A DNA stretch of 64,000 nt, taken from positions 24,118,001 through 24,182,000 of the forward strand of contig CM120642.1 of the NCBI GenBank assembly GCA_051362555.1. The letters run 5' to 3'. Below, in pieces: positions 1 to 14,100 of the stretch; the first letter of the stretch is position 1, and each line of letters starts with the position of its first letter. Made by a program: the position numbers and the translations under genes. This DNA is from Lingula anatina. Its lineage: Eukaryota; Animalia; Brachiopoda. The notes beneath the pieces are model-generated. The model was not told where the DNA came from. It ran no database searches and saw only the letters and a list, made by a program, of their open reading frames with translations.

Positions 1-206
1 GCATATCGGTCACGTGCACCAATATACATTGGATATTGACCTCTGTTTTCATAGAAATGTATAAGCGCCTTGTATCCGGGGTCATTCTCGATAGTATTAT
101 TATTGTAATTAATCGGGTCACGGAGTTTGCTGAATATTATGTAATATTACGTAATTATGTGTTCATAGAAGCAATAAGGGATCGCTCTGAAACTTGACAG
201 GTAGCT

Positions 207-428
207 TAGGGTGTATTCCCAGAGATTTAGATCGATCCAGGGATTAAAATTTAGATCGACCTAACTATCTGAGGGCTCAAGCTAAATTGCAGTCAACCGA
301 GCGCTCACCATAGTTAATTACCCCCTTACAGCTTTCAGTAGGCGGGACAGACGCTTAAGCCGGCTAAGCTGACAGTAATCTAGTGAGACTCCCCACAGGG
401 ACAGATCGATCTAAAATCTATGGAAATG
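207..428. mobile_element. Palindromic MITE-like element, same family as 41915-42152
   Basis: Ends are inverted (ttcccagagatttagatcgatc ... gatcgatctaaaatctatggaa). Internal 'ttaagccgg..a.g.tga.ag.aat.tagtgagactcccc' is shared with 42078-42140. Confidence 0.65.
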
Positions 429-444
429 GGGTCTTAGAGAAGAT

Positions 445-1449
445 ATGGTTCGACAGCTAAGCAACGCAGCTTACTATGGGATTCTTTCTCTCAGAGAAAA
501 TGGCCAGAGACGGACAGCCATTGCCAGCCAATGCAACATTTATCAGGAACCGGTAGTAAAGTCCTCCAAAGAAATGCTACAACAGGAGCACCTGCTCCAA
601 TACCTCGACCAGGGTGTCCGCGTATCACACCAAGAAGACAGGATCGCCTTCTCCTTAGAGTGTGCCGTGCTGGTCGTACAAAGACAACCAGTGTCCTCAG
701 AAAAGAGTGGCAGAATGTCAGTCAAACGCCCGTTTTAAGGTCGCTCGTGAACAAGAGATTACTGCAAGCCGGTTTATTTTGCAACCACTGTTTACAGCAG
801 GTCATATACAGCAACGTCTGCAGTGGGCTGGGGACCACGTGCGTTTGCAGCCAAAACACTGGAATCACGTCGTTTTCGGTGATGAGGCCAGATACGCAGT
901 TTTTAGAGTTGACGATCGAAGCCGTGTCCGCCGACGTGTACGAGAGGCATAAAACGATGATTGTGTACTGCCTAGGGTGCAAGCAGGGGGTGATAACGTC
1001 TCTGTTTGGGGAACATTTCATGCCGGTGCCCAGAACCAGTTGGTTTTTCTAGGAGGCAACCCAAACCAGGGTTCCTACAGAGACATTCTACAGCAAACAA
1101 TGCTTCGATTTGTAAGAGTCATCTTCAGGGACAACTTTGTGTACCAAGACGACTGCGCAACCCCACATCGAGCTCGCAGAATCAGTTTTTCTTCTAAACC
1201 AATGGGTTCAGCAACCGCCCTGGCCTGCAAACTCCCCAGATATGAACCCAACTGAAAATCTGTGGGCGGAAGTAACTCACAGAATTAATAGCTATGGTCA
1301 TGCATCGGCCGGTAAATAGTGATGAACTGCGTCAGGCAAATATCACTGGAATAATATCCCCATCCAAACTTTAAAAAACTTGTCACAAGGAATGCCATGT
1401 AGGATGAGGGCGCTGCAAGCGGCTGCTGGAGGTCATACCCGCTATTGAT
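445..1449 (+). mobile_element. Degenerate Tc1/mariner transposase (frameshifted)
   Basis: Fragments in successive frames: HTH region 'RPGCPRITPRRQDRLL', then 'RLQWA...HWNHVVFGDEARY', 'VSVWGTF', 'YQDDCATPHRAR' and 'WPANSPDMNPTENLW', giving the Tc1 D-D-E triad. Ends '...GGHTRY*' near 1447. Confidence 0.9.
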
Positions 1450-2143
1450 GACTTCTCATGATTTACTGTTATGAGTTCTTTGACTGTGTAACATATCATT
1501 GTCCGGAGGATATCATTTTCTTTAATATCTTAGCTTAAAATAAATACTGACATCAAACTGTTGATATGGTTTTCTGGGGTATTTTTTTCTTTTGAATGAC
1601 ATCTTATGTCAGATTTGATATTATTGACCAAAATATCTTACAATAGAAGACTGGATATTTTTATCACTCAATGACATACTTTTTTGATGAATCAAGCCCA
1701 AAAAAATTCAATCAGCACTCAAAAATAACACTGATAATAAATATTCCATATGAAGTTGTAACCATATATATATATATATATGGATGTGAATAACTTAGCT
1801 TCCTCTCTCCATTTTATTTTAAAAAAACCCCTACGGCCGTTTCGGCCGTATCAACAGTTTTTCGTCTAAGCAAAGATTGCATAGGTGTTGATAAACTGTT
1901 GATAATGATAACACCAGATACTCTGAATAAAAGAACTGAGATAATTACCATGTGTCGGCATAAAGTGACGTAGCTAACACGGCGTGCGACGTAAGTGTCG
2001 TCACGCTGTATATGTAAAACGGCTAATATAACCATTTTCAAATAAACCTCCTGACGATCGGGCAAACCTTCTGGGTATGCCCGTGAAACTCGGAGTCGGG
2101 GTTATTGCATGTCTTTTGTTTATTTATTTATTTATTAATTTTA

Positions 2144-2146
<3 letters not shown>

Positions 2147-2213
<67 letters not shown>
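2147..2213. repeat. (TA)n microsatellite
   Basis: Direct reading of the sequence. Confidence 0.95.
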
Positions 2214-2214
<1 letters not shown>

Positions 2215-5082
2215 TTGACATTTAATATGGAATGTTTTTTTACAAATTATTTTTCATCAGTTTTTTCCTATTTTCCAGACTGATAAATGAAAATAAGGAT
2301 TAAAATCATGACTTTTATTTATCTCTTTGATGTCATTGTGACATCAGTTCATTAATTGAATTAGCCAGTGAAGCAATCAAATATGCATTGCCTATTTTAA
2401 GTCATACGACAGCCACTGAAAGCGATATTTTGGATCTCCATATTTTCCAAATTATCGTTTTTAAAAGAGTCACTCGCCCCACAAAGGACCCTTATGTCAG
2501 TGTCTTGTCACAGCAACGGTCGCTGTCACACCTGACCTCATATGGCTGCTAACAGAGCTTTCAAGCGGCAAGGCAACCTTAGGATAGGTTTTTAGAGTTC
2601 AATCTGGAAAAAAAAAATCCAGGCAACGGCAAAAACTTATCCAATTTATTTCAGATTAGTTGTAGGACATGCAGGCCGTTGATTCGGCGACTAATGACCT
2701 ACCCACGTATTGTCTATGTGGTTCAAATATGGCTATTTTGATGACCAATGTATCTGCTCAATCCCTTGGCTCTGTAAGTTATCTGCTATTAAAAGTGCTC
2801 TGTGTGAACGGGCAATCTCATCGTGCAACCTAAAATTGTTCCTAAGGTGCCCCCTATCATACGATAGTCAAATGGTTCCCAGATTATTCCTTTATTTCAT
2901 CTGGTTTAGGTGTTCATCAATGACTACCATTGGTGTTTTGGTACCAACGTGATATCCACTCCAAATACTGACACTGCCAATGACCCTTGTCACTTTAAAA
3001 GCGGCACACGCCTTGTCGTAGGCCACTTCAGGATGTCTGTAAACTCTGTTTTGACCAATTAAGCGGTACAGGTGAAATCTGACCTCAATAAAGAAAGCCA
3101 CGCGGTTTCAGTGTTCTACCCAGAATCGGTCATGGTCCTCAATTCATTAGAGAAACTGGCGACGCTGTTTTGCTGTTTACAATGGCTTTTTGGCGCCATT
3201 CTGGCACAGATTAACAATTTTGTAAAACAGTGTTGAACTCATTTTACGCACTGCAAAACCGACCGCTTACATGCAAAATTTCAAATTCTTCTATACGGTA
3301 CTTGCCGACATATGGATACTTTTTTGACGGAACCATGCTTCGCCAAAGCCCAGCTTAGACCAGGCCAAAGGAGCACTACCCAATTAAATAACTTCATATT
3401 ACACAATGCAGCAGTGCAACAGACTTAATAGTCAGTTAATTGGTAGCGACACACCTGAGTTCACACTTCTCCAGTCAGATATCTTATATGAGATCTGAGT
3501 TTTATGAAAAAAGAACGCATTTTTACCTAAGCATACCGTTGAAACTGAAATATTTCATATATACATCGGGTGGGTAAAAAAACGTACTAAAATTTAATAT
3601 ATCAAGTATTCTCTGTTAATTCATTTATATCTTGGAGTAAACCATTTTACTCAGAAGCTTGTAATTTTGGTGGTCAGTACAAAATCGCCACTGCAAAAAC
3701 GCAATGCCACAATAAATAATTTCTTTAAAATCATTCTCTAACTACTACTTTGTAATTTTCATCACTTACATACTGCTATCTGCATGTGAAGGGTATTGTC
3801 ACCTTTCGTCCAAACTTCTTATTAACTGCTTTACATACATAATTTTGGGTCATACATCAATCTTCAGTGTTCAGTGACTAAATTTAGTAACATGTACTCA
3901 TATACCATCTTACGGGTGACGTCATAATTGCTATTTTGGGGTAAAAAATGAAAAATCGGTTTCTTAAATTTCTCTTTTATCTGAGCATCCACGATCATCG
4001 TTTTAACGCCAATTTAATGACACTATTTAGTAGTCCAAAATCCTGTCAGTGATTTTTCTTAAAAGCCTTAGTTCATATTTTATCAATGATAAAGCAAAAT
4101 AATGCCTTTGTTAAATGAAAATCTGTTATTAGGGGTTCATAACTTCATGACAAAAACATTTAAATCAAAATGACGACATAGGATAACACTCATGGTCAAC
4201 TCTGCCAATTTTCGTGATTGAATCTCGTTCAGGGATGAATTTACGCCTCATACCGATTGCTATCTCACCTCGAAATACGTAGAAAGGAGTTAAATTGACG
4301 AATAAAGCTTTGAATTGACTATGTTTTTACATTGCAACAAAAAATATAAGCGCCAATATTTTATATTTTCGAGGGTTTTTCCATTGTTTTAAAGCAGCGG
4401 AAAGATATATGCATCGTTGAATGATAAGATGCAGAAACAAAACTCATTTTCGATATCTGGATGATAATAAAGGGTTACAGTATCCCTACGTCTGTCAGTC
4501 TACAAGGGCTAGTCTACCTAAAATTCTAAAATATGTTCAATGTATGAATATTTGCCATATTCAGAGTAAAAAGAAGGCTTTATGTTATTTGGAAATGTTA
4601 AAGAAAATATTTTAAATTTGGTTAATATTCTATATGGATTTTAAATACAACTTGTTCAAAATGTCCCTATGTTCTCTTAATGTTTTAGATTTTAACTGTC
4701 GTCATCAACCGTACAAGAGTCGGATAAGACTGAATACCAGCATTGCAATTTTGGACTCTTTGTTTTGAATTAATTGCTAAATGGATGTTACAATAACTTA
4801 TAAGTTAAAACCTTTCTGCGCCAGAGGCAAAATCACGCATGATGTAATTTTGAGGATAACAACGCAGAAATTTTGAGAAATTTAATATGTAGGTGCGGTG
4901 CATTTTATCAATTCATTACATGCCTAGCACTAATTTTTATAAATCAACATCACACAAAAATCGAATTTCATACATTGTTTCAGGAGTCTGGTTACTTTAC
5001 CATTAAAGAAGCATAAGATTCAAGTTCAACCAGCCAACTCAGACGGAGCAGCAGTATCAAATCGAAACCTGTTGAATGAATA

Positions 5083-6822
5083 ATGGAAGACAGCCACCCC
5101 CTTCCATCAGACCAAGAACCTGAGGACCAGGCACCACATAACCAACACCATGAGCAGCAGCAGTCACACCTTGGCCAAGGTTCTCATGACCAGGCACACT
5201 TACAACCGACCCATAATCTCGACCACCGTTACCCGCAGTATTCGAACAACCAAGCAACGGTGCAGAATAGTATGCCGCACGATATTCCTACACCCAGGGA
5301 TCAAACTATGGATAGTGCAGCCATTCTTATCAACCCCAGTCAGCAACAAGGCCAAAACCACAACTGGTACAGACACAGGATAAACCAGGTGTTCATCGTT
5401 AGTCCAGAATTACGCATTCAGGATGTGGAGAACAAAGCGGCTGTTCGGACGGGATTGGAGTACATCTGGGGCATGCTGAAGGAGAACGGGGCAGCTCAAC
5501 CTTTGGGTCCAAAGGTGGACTTCTATGTGTCAGTCTACAAACAGGCTCTGTTGACTTTGACCTTGTTATTTTCCATATATGTTTCAATATTGGATGGCGA
5601 CCAAAACGTCGCGTTCAACGTGATTGCTACACTCCTTACGGCAATCGAGACAGTCACGTGGCTTTTTGTAGGATTCCAGTCATTTCGGCGAATGGTTTGC
5701 ATTAAATTTGCCCAAAATAGAATAGGTCCTGCCGCTGACCTCGAGGAGAATATAATATCCGAAAGTGCGGAGGAACTACAAGGCAACCGTCAGAATCCAG
5801 TCGTGGAAGACGCTTGCACCAGGGCTGCACAATTTGCCAAAAATATCCTTCAAGAAATCCTGCTGTACCCAATCATTGTATGTGACCTGTATGGGTTGGT
5901 GTCCGAGCAAGTCTATTCGTTCGGCAGTTGGAAGGCAGTTATCGGCATGTTGCTTCTCATTTTTGCGATGATAGAACTTTTATTCACGTATACTGTGCGC
6001 ATTTACATGCTTATCCTCTCTTTCAAGATAATGGAAGATAAGGTAGCCGGGATACGACAGTGCGGGGCGTTCTGTTTTGGCGGAATTCAGTGGCGATACG
6101 TGTCGAATATTATCGGCAACGTGGTGGTGTTCATCTTAATGATAGCAATTCTCGGTATTCAGATTCAGATTGATAACACTGTTCTCGGAGCGTTTCATGT
6201 TTCTGGGGCGGCCGTTTTCATGATAATATGCACCATGCTTCTCCCCATCTGTAACGTGGCCATCTTTTTGGCGATAAACATGCACGCCGTGATGGAGCTG
6301 CTGTATAAAGTTGATATTCACTTCGCTGAGATGCAGCGAGAGACGAGAGAAGAATTCCGTGTGAAACACAATTTATTTGTCCAGGAAAAACCCGACGGTT
6401 CCCCCTTCTTTGCAGTTGATGACTCGGCACAAAAATTACCGATATATAGGGAACGCCTTAAGAGTTATGAAGAGGTCTCCACGTGGAAGCGCCTTTCCTT
6501 TGGGTTAAGCAACAAGTTCTTGGCGGCCGCTCTTTTTATTTGGACAGCATTTTATTTTGCCTATCTCTTAGTCTCCCAAGGACTGTATGATTATTCCGCA
6601 TCAAGTGGAGGACTGAATGAGGGCTCAGTTGGAACGTTGAAAATGTTTCTCTGGTTCTTCTTTATTCTAGCAAATGCGCATGCGTACATACTAGGCATAA
6701 TTATCACGGCCTACGTTATGTTACTTATTATGGCGTCTTTACTGTTCTGTGTTTGCGGGGAGAAGAAGATTGGCTGGCTTGCATGTACTCCAAACCGTAT
6801 TACGCCTACTGACGATGACTAA
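5083..6822 (+). CDS. Uncharacterized multi-pass membrane protein, copy 1 (579 aa, single coding exon)
   Basis: Long open ORF with a His/Gln-rich N-terminus and about 9-10 hydrophobic segments. It is conserved in frame with the paralog at 37549-39420. Confidence 0.9.
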   Translation: MEDSHPLPSDQEPEDQAPHNQHHEQQQSHLGQGSHDQAHLQPTHNLDHRYPQYSNNQATVQNSMPHDIPTPRDQTMDSAAILINPSQQQGQNHNWYRHRINQVFIVSPELRIQDVENKAAVRTGLEYIWGMLKENGAAQPLGPKVDFYVSVYKQALLTLTLLFSIYVSILDGDQNVAFNVIATLLTAIETVTWLFVGFQSFRRMVCIKFAQNRIGPAADLEENIISESAEELQGNRQNPVVEDACTRAAQFAKNILQEILLYPIIVCDLYGLVSEQVYSFGSWKAVIGMLLLIFAMIELLFTYTVRIYMLILSFKIMEDKVAGIRQCGAFCFGGIQWRYVSNIIGNVVVFILMIAILGIQIQIDNTVLGAFHVSGAAVFMIICTMLLPICNVAIFLAINMHAVMELLYKVDIHFAEMQRETREEFRVKHNLFVQEKPDGSPFFAVDDSAQKLPIYRERLKSYEEVSTWKRLSFGLSNKFLAAALFIWTAFYFAYLLVSQGLYDYSASSGGLNEGSVGTLKMFLWFFFILANAHAYILGIIITAYVMLLIMASLLFCVCGEKKIGWLACTPNRITPTDDD

Positions 6823-6861
6823 ACTGTACTTGATGTCAAACTGCTGTTGTATGGATAGGGT

Positions 6862-7595
6862 CAGTTAGTTTTATTGTACCACCAGCGTAGGCGCTGGCGG
6901 TACACATGGTTTTAGTCCCGTCCGGATCGTTCCGCCGGCTCCGCCGCCATGTTACCGTAACCGCTTCTCCTCCTAGACGGTATCTCTTGGGTTTAGGTCA
7001 CCTATAAACTCAACTCGTTTCACGTAAAATTTGGGCTTTGTCGGTGCTGGGGCACTCATTGCAATGCACCCTTGTCCAAAAAAGGCGAAATTAAATGCTA
7101 ATTATCTACCCTACGGAAAGAATTATGGGAAAAATTTCTACAGACGGCTGACCGAAAGTCATATGTGGAGATTTCAAATATGCCCTTGGATTTAACCTTT
7201 GACCTTTATGTCAAGGTCAAACGGTCCAAAATTTTCAAAAAAACGAAATTTTTTATGTAAAAAAAATTAATTGCGCTGATATTCAGAAACTACACAGACT
7301 TAACCAATAATATTACTGGAAACTGTTATCCTTTGGGTCATCTTTCATCTCCGTGAATTTGGGGTCAATCGGTGCATTTTCACGGGAGTAGCGGCCATAA
7401 GATACCGAAACTGAAAACTGTCTCCAATTCGGGAACCGTTAATGCTAGAGACCCATTCTTTTTTGCATTTTGTAGAGCATGTAAAGCCCAACACTGAAGG
7501 GGTCTCCGTTTGGGGGGTGGTGTCCATACGAAGGCGCTTACTCCAGCTGGAGGTACAATATCCGGAGGCGGTATCGCCTCTCTGATCCTCTAGTT
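6862..7595. mobile_element. Repeat insertion specific to copy 1 (HINE-like 'tgacctt/aaggtca' sequence)
   Basis: Absent between the homologous flanks in copy 2 (39457/39470). Contains 'tttgacctttatgtcaaggtcaa' motifs like those at 24640-25260. Confidence 0.5.
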
Positions 7596-7609
7596 CTTTT
7601 AAGGTAGCG

Positions 7610-7818
7610 TCCACAATAAAACTATTGTACTAGGTAGTTTGAACTAACTCCGCGTGGTGTATGCAATCAGGTTAAAAGACTCACATACCTTGTCCTGATG
7701 GTGAGTTGAATACAGAAATCTGGTAATTATACGGTCACGTTGGAAACAAGGGAAAGCGTGGTAATCATCGACGGTCCCCTAGTTCGAACTACCTAGTGCG
7801 ATAGTTTCGTTGTGAACC
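7610..7818. mobile_element. Old MITE in the 3' flank, shared by both duplicate copies
   Basis: Inverted arms 'cacaataaaactattgtactaggtagtttgaacta' and 'tagttcgaactacctagtgcgatagtttcgttgtg'. Homolog at about 39485-39760. Confidence 0.55.
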
Positions 7819-8393
7819 TACTGTAGGAGTCAATCAGTAACGCGACTTTAAACTAGACGTTTTTTGCATGCAACATTGTGAGCTAAGGCTTTTTTGTTTA
7901 GTTATTATTATATATTCATACCCCAGAAGTTAATAATGTACCATGCTGTCACTTGTGTTTTACATTATTACTGTGACAAATGCACGCATATTCCAGTACA
8001 AAATGTGCTTGAGGTCAGCTTTACAAGTATTTACTCTATTTATTGGTACATGTACAGTAATAACGCATATTGTCGTCACCGGAGTTTCATGTATATATGC
8101 GGACACATATATATGTAAAAATAAACCCCACGCTATCTTAAACATGTCGTTATTGTTCATATCTTCGAATTAACTACCTATTTTGGAGACTGATATAAAA
8201 CAGACAAACATACTGTTATACCAATTTAAAAAATTACATCAGTGGGATTCACACTATAAAATCAAGAAAATAGTTTGACACAAGTTGTCGAGAATTTGAA
8301 CTGTTTACGCAACAGACAATCAAATAGCCTCAGACGTTACAAATTTAAAAGGGCTTGTAAGCAAATTATGCACCACCTACCGAGTATCTATAC

Positions 8394-8520
8394 ATTATCG
8401 GGCATTACTCTGAACTTTGATAGATTGGTCTCTCAGTCTTTCTTGACTTTTTTGAGACTGTATATTGGCGAATGATTCATAGCCCAGCTTTTGTATGACC
8501 TCACCACAATAGCTGTCTAC
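8394..8520 (-). pseudogene. 3' terminal fragment of sulfotransferase paralog (copy 1)
   Basis: Near-identical to 40705-40836 with a small deletion. Homology stops abruptly at 'gctgtctac' (8520), where DIRS RT sequence begins. Confidence 0.9.
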
Positions 8521-10980
8521 ATGTATTTCGACGACCGCCTCCCAATGGGCTGTTCTTCTTCATGTAGAATATTTGAGATGTTTAGCACCTCCCTCCAATG
8601 GATTGTAGAAAACAAATCCAAGGCCCACCCAATGGTTCACATCCTTGATGACTTCCTGTTTGTAGCCCCTACCAGCGAAAAGAGTCAGCAGGACTTAAAC
8701 AACTTTTTGGCCCTCTGTCGAGACTTGGTCCTAGTAGAGTTTTGAACTGATGGAGGGCCGGCTCCCAGAGAATAAGGTATCCAAGTGCAGGTCACTCATC
8801 TAGGAATTTCTTGTCCGTTCTAAAGTTACTTTGACTCAGCTGCAATACCTCATTTGCCTTCTAAATTTCACTTGGTCAGTGATTCTCCCAGGCAGGGCCT
8901 TTCGCAAACTTATCGACCTCACAATCGGTATCAGAACACCTCACCATTTCATTAGGCTTACTAAAAAGGCCAAGTTGGATCTTGAAACTTGGGCTCAATT
9001 TCTCTCTGACTTCAATGGGAAATCATTTCTTCTTGACTTTAAATGGCTTACTTCTCCTGCACTGGAACTGATGCAGCAGCCTCCCTTGGCTATGGTGCGA
9101 ATTTAAGGACAGGTGGTTTTTGGGCGCAATTCCAGAATTGCTATATCACTTTGCTAGAATTTTACCCCATTGTGGCAACAGTTGCTCTCTGAGCCTCAGA
9201 CCTCGAAAATAGATGTGTTATGCTCTTTACGGACATCGAAGCTCTGGTACATATCATAACCAAACTGACGTCCAAGGACCCTCACATTGTGCACTTGGTT
9301 TGGCGTTTTGTATTGACCAGTCTCCAACATAACATTTTGTTTAAAGCAAACCGGGTTGCAAAAATAACTTAGCTGATTCCCTTTCACGTCGCCAGGTTCA
9401 ATAGTTCAAGCAGTATGTGTAAGACATGTCCAACACTCCAACTTCACTCCCAGTTCCCCTATTACCACAAAGCTTGCTGACTCCACCAAAACATTAGTGG
9501 ACGCAACAATGAAAAAAGGCTCACGACAGGGCTTTTCACAATTTCTCATCATTTTAGACAGCCACAATAGGTCTCCCCTCCCCTCGTTTTCCAGCCACAA
9601 TAGCTGACATGCTGCTATATATTTCCCACCTGTCTGAATGGAAACTGACGATTGTGTCAGAAATCTCGAAACTGGGTTACTTCCACAAACTGGCTGACCA
9701 CCAAGATCCCCCCAGTTCGCGATCGTTCATTATTAAGAAAATGCTCATAGGTTTTTACAAGTTGAACCCATCCCATGCTTCTAGATTCCCCATAGTTGGA
9801 GTACTCCACAAATTAGTTCGGGCAATAGAATTTACTCTTTCCAACTCCCATAGTCTCCCTTTTCAAAGCAATGTAGCTCACAGCCTTTCACGTGTTTCTG
9901 CGCATAGGGAAGATGACGACTAGGGAAAAAGGGGGTCCCTAAATATTCCCTTTCTCAGAAACAGGTGAAGTTCTCTGTAAATCATAAGGGCGATCGGGCA
10001 GTAGAATTAGTCATTTCCCAATACAAATATAACCAAAAAGGTTCCCCATTTTCTATAGTTATTGGCCCTCAAGACGGCGCTTTGTGTGGGTCCTTTGCCC
10101 TGGATCACTATATCAAATTTAGGCGAGCTACGCCACGCCCACTTTTTTGTTACCCGAACTCGACACCCATCCACCGTGACGCATTCAACAAACAGTTGGA
10201 GAGGGATCTTCGTTTTTGCCAGTTTAACTTTTACACAATCAGTTCATGCTACAAAGGCCACAGGTCAGCAGCATCGCTAGCCGTACAAAACAACCTATCA
10301 GATGCTTAAATAAGCTGGATTGGGCGTTGGAACTTAGACTCCTTCAATACATTCGTACACCTACATTGTGGTCTACCCAAGCAACTCAACAAATGGACTA
10401 ATGGACATTGTGCTTCGGCTTTATGATGGCATAGAAGCTTACATTTCACTCAAAAGTATACTTGTATTTGTCTGATAGACTTTTCCACTTACGCCTTACA
10501 TTGCCTGTTCATTATACCCATTTTAAGGATCCAGCAAGACATACGGATTCCCCACAAACTACCCAGAGATCCAGCAAGACATGCAGATCCTCTCATTTTC
10601 CCTCCGAAAATTTTCATATCTTCAACAACTATTACCCATTTTTACAGTGGTCCAACAAGACATGCGAACCACTGACTAATTTACTTCTGAATGTACTTGT
10701 GCAAATATTTTCTTTTCAGTACGTCATCTGGCACATATAGGCTGACTTAATATTTAAAAATAGGACTAGACAAGCAACATCCTTTATTGCTAACTAAACC
10801 AAATTTCTCCAATTAAAGGACGGCAGGATGGAGAGCTATAGCCCTCGCTGTAAGCCCTATCGTGTAAGGAAAAGAGCCAACCTCCCCCTCCCTCAAAAAG
10901 GGAGTTAGGGTTGGGTAGAACGCCGCAGCTTATCTGCCATCCACCCATTTTTCTCTTATAAGCTTTCTTCAAATCTCACT
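8521..10980 (+). mobile_element. 5'-truncated, degenerate DIRS/Ngaro-type tyrosine-recombinase retrotransposon
   Basis: RT motifs 'YFDDRLPMGCSSSC' and 'HILDDFLF'. 'DLETWAQFLSDFNGKSF' followed by an RNase H-like 'ITLLEFYPIV' segment. Tyrosine recombinase remnants 'RPLFCYPN', 'YKGHRSAAS' and 'GRWN'. Many frameshifts. Confidence 0.85.
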
Positions 10981-11082
10981 CAAAAATTTAAAGGCTCGCC
11001 CGGACGTCATTTTTCTACACAATGTCAGCCTTTACAATGTGGTTGAACTTTTGCTGAATTTTTTAGCTTTCACAATTTTTTG

Positions 11083-11155
11083 GCTTACACAGTTTTCGGC
11101 TTACACAGTTTTGGTTTACACTTGTTCGACTCACACGTTTTGGTTTACACGGTTG
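11083..11155. repeat. Short imperfect tandem repeat (ttggcttacacagtt-like, about 5 units)
   Basis: Direct reading of the sequence. Confidence 0.7.
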
Positions 11156-14100
11156 GCCACTTTGGTACCCCACTAATTGAAATGTGTGCACTATTTGTTT
11201 GGAAATTATACTTTTAATGTAGATAATTCAGGCACACACATTATGTTAATAGAATAGCATTTATCAAAACTATTCAATGTTGATCATTAATCTGCTTCAT
11301 TTCTTTTTATTAATGGGACCTTCAATAAATGCGGCCGTCATCGGACAAATTTCGAACATCATACTTGAGTTTGTTTCATTCTTTTGACTGGCATGTCCTA
11401 TTACTTGAATCAGCTTAGTTCAAGGAGACACAAATTCCTCTCTTAGTTTAAAGATTTAACGAAAAGTTGACCGCAAAAATTTAAACTTCTTTGGCTAACA
11501 ATAATTACTGGTGAGTCTGATCAAATCAATTGACTAAAAAGCTAAAATAGCCCTGTCGCCAAACTATCGGATAATGAATAACAGTGAAAACAAGACACTT
11601 CTTACAAAAAATGTAGATTCATGAAAATACAGTGGTCGGAATAATTTTGTTTCCGTTGTACACCGGTGTAACAACGTTCGAAATGTTTTAATCCCTATCT
11701 TGTGAATAGAAGGGGGCGGACAAACAATGGAGGGCCGTATAAATCCCTTCAAAATTCGAACGCACAAACACAATAGCTTAGGTGGAATAACACAATACTT
11801 AATACGAGTGAACCCCATGACGCCGGTTTCTGTGGCCCAGCGCGAGCGTGACAATCCGCTGTAACTAGGTGTAATTAACAGCAGGATACATCAGCCAGAA
11901 GGTCCCTATTGTTTGTTGCGGCGATAGGATTATAGCTTGAAGAGGCTAAACCCATGCTAAGGCGTGCCACGCGAAGCGAACTGTCCTTTTGTTCACTAGT
12001 TTGGCACGCGCAGCTGGTTTTTAGTGTTGCTAACAAACTGCTAGTTAAATTTGTTATCAGTTATTTCATCCTATATGAAATTTCCGCAGTCAAAAATTGG
12101 ACTAATTATTGTTTGTTTGGTTGAAATGCATGAGCGTCAGCATCAATCTGTCTCAAAAAATTCCTATTGCATTAATTTATAAATGTATAATTTATTTATG
12201 TACTTACGTTTTAATTTGAAATATCTGCATTCAAGCGTTCAAGTATTTATAAAACATGAATGATAATGAAAGAGGAATAAGGAAATAACATATTACTTAT
12301 ATTATGCTTATATTATAATATTGAAATTAAATGAGGTGCATTGACATAGGCGCAATGACAATCCAACTACAACGTGCAACAGGGGGAAGCCTGGCTGTAT
12401 GATCATACAATATACGAAAGTACGGTCAATTAAAAGTGTAAATCATCAGTTAAAGAGGAGGGGGTCTTACTATAGCTCGCTATCTATTGTTAAACCCGAC
12501 TGTTATTATCTCTGGAACAAGCTTAAAGCATGCCTATACAATTACTGTGTCTCCGGCTGCCGTTCAGAAACACCATGTCGAACATATTTTGCTACAGTGA
12601 GAAACATGGTACACTAGCGACTTGTTTTAGATCACTCAAGAAAGGATGCATACGTGCGACACCAGAGGAAAAACAATCAAGTGTGCATCTGATCCATTAA
12701 TAGTAATTGCACAGTGCATGTTACTAGACCTTTGTCCTAACTCAGTAGTTAGGAATAGGATGTTTGGATAAAAAGCTTCTATTCAACTCGCTTAGACCTA
12801 GGGCGTGATGCTATCATCCGATGAAACACGTAACTGAACCCTCTACCTGAACCTGAAGTCCCTTTAGCTGAAACGAAAACTGCCCCTTGAACATGTACAT
12901 TTTTTAATCGTCAAATGATTTGCGATTTCATTGAACGTCTTTGATCGAAAGCTTTCAAGTGACAATAACCGAACCGTGTGTTGATTATTTATTAAAGCGT
13001 AATTAAGTTTATTCAACATGATCTGTTTTGTAAACGATACTTGCCAAGATTGAGCTTGGATTGATCACCGTCACTATTTAGCTACTCGCCTATAATGCGT
13101 GCTGAACGATAGACAACTTAAAAATATTATCTGTGTAACTGTGCAAATGAACGCATTTAGTTAAAATATAACGAAGCCGGCATTTAATCCATCAAACATA
13201 TTTATATTTGTTCTTGTAAAACCAGTGTAAGGTTAACGCCAAATCAAAGCAAGCCTTGCAGACCGGTTTTGTTTAAACTGTCGTGCATCAAGTAAAGCTA
13301 AGTAAAGCCTGTTTCTACTTCGCAGTGTTCATCCCAGCCATAAAACTGCATGAAGGATAACAAGACTCCGTAGACCTGTGCTTCAGTTTTCCAGGAGTCC
13401 CGTGTAACACAATAATATCGAAGTCCTGAGAGTAATACATATATGAGGCCGTGTAAGAAAGATTTAACAAATTAGAAATTCAAGAATTTAAACATGCTAG
13501 GTACATGAACATCACTTAATAAGTCATTTCACAAAAAGCGCATCTAATTGTTTAGATTAACCTTTTCTTTTATCGATCTCATCCCATTGTCTCAACCACC
13601 AAAAAGAAATATAGAGAACATGAGGAAAAGTAACACGTTTACATGCAGGCGAAAGAGTTATACTTCAATATTAATCGCGAACAATATCAACAGCGACTAA
13701 AGACCGTTGCCTGTCTTTCACACTTTTACACAAACACACGAAGGTTTTATAAAGGGAGTCGCGGCGCGATATCTATCTCTTTCATTCGAACAAGCAAAGG
13801 GCTGACCCGAAGTAAGCTTTCTATACTAATGTCCTTTTTATTGTATATTGTAATTACTCTACTTGCTCGCCTCCATTGTCTTGTAAAAGTGACAAAGAAT
13901 GTGTTGTATTCACACACGAGTTGAAAGAACTTTGCATAACTCCTTTGCCTTAAGTTGCATAATGTCTTTCTCAAGGTTATAATCAGTGTGAAGAGGGTGT
14001 CTTGCCTCATTTAAAAAGGGTGTTGTTCTTCATACTGGTTGTTGCTTAACTTATGCTAATCTTAAATTTTTATGTACCAATATGGTTTTAATAAATCGCC

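Noticed and set aside
2077-2283. ORF with YI repeats
   Set aside because: Translation of a (TA)n microsatellite.
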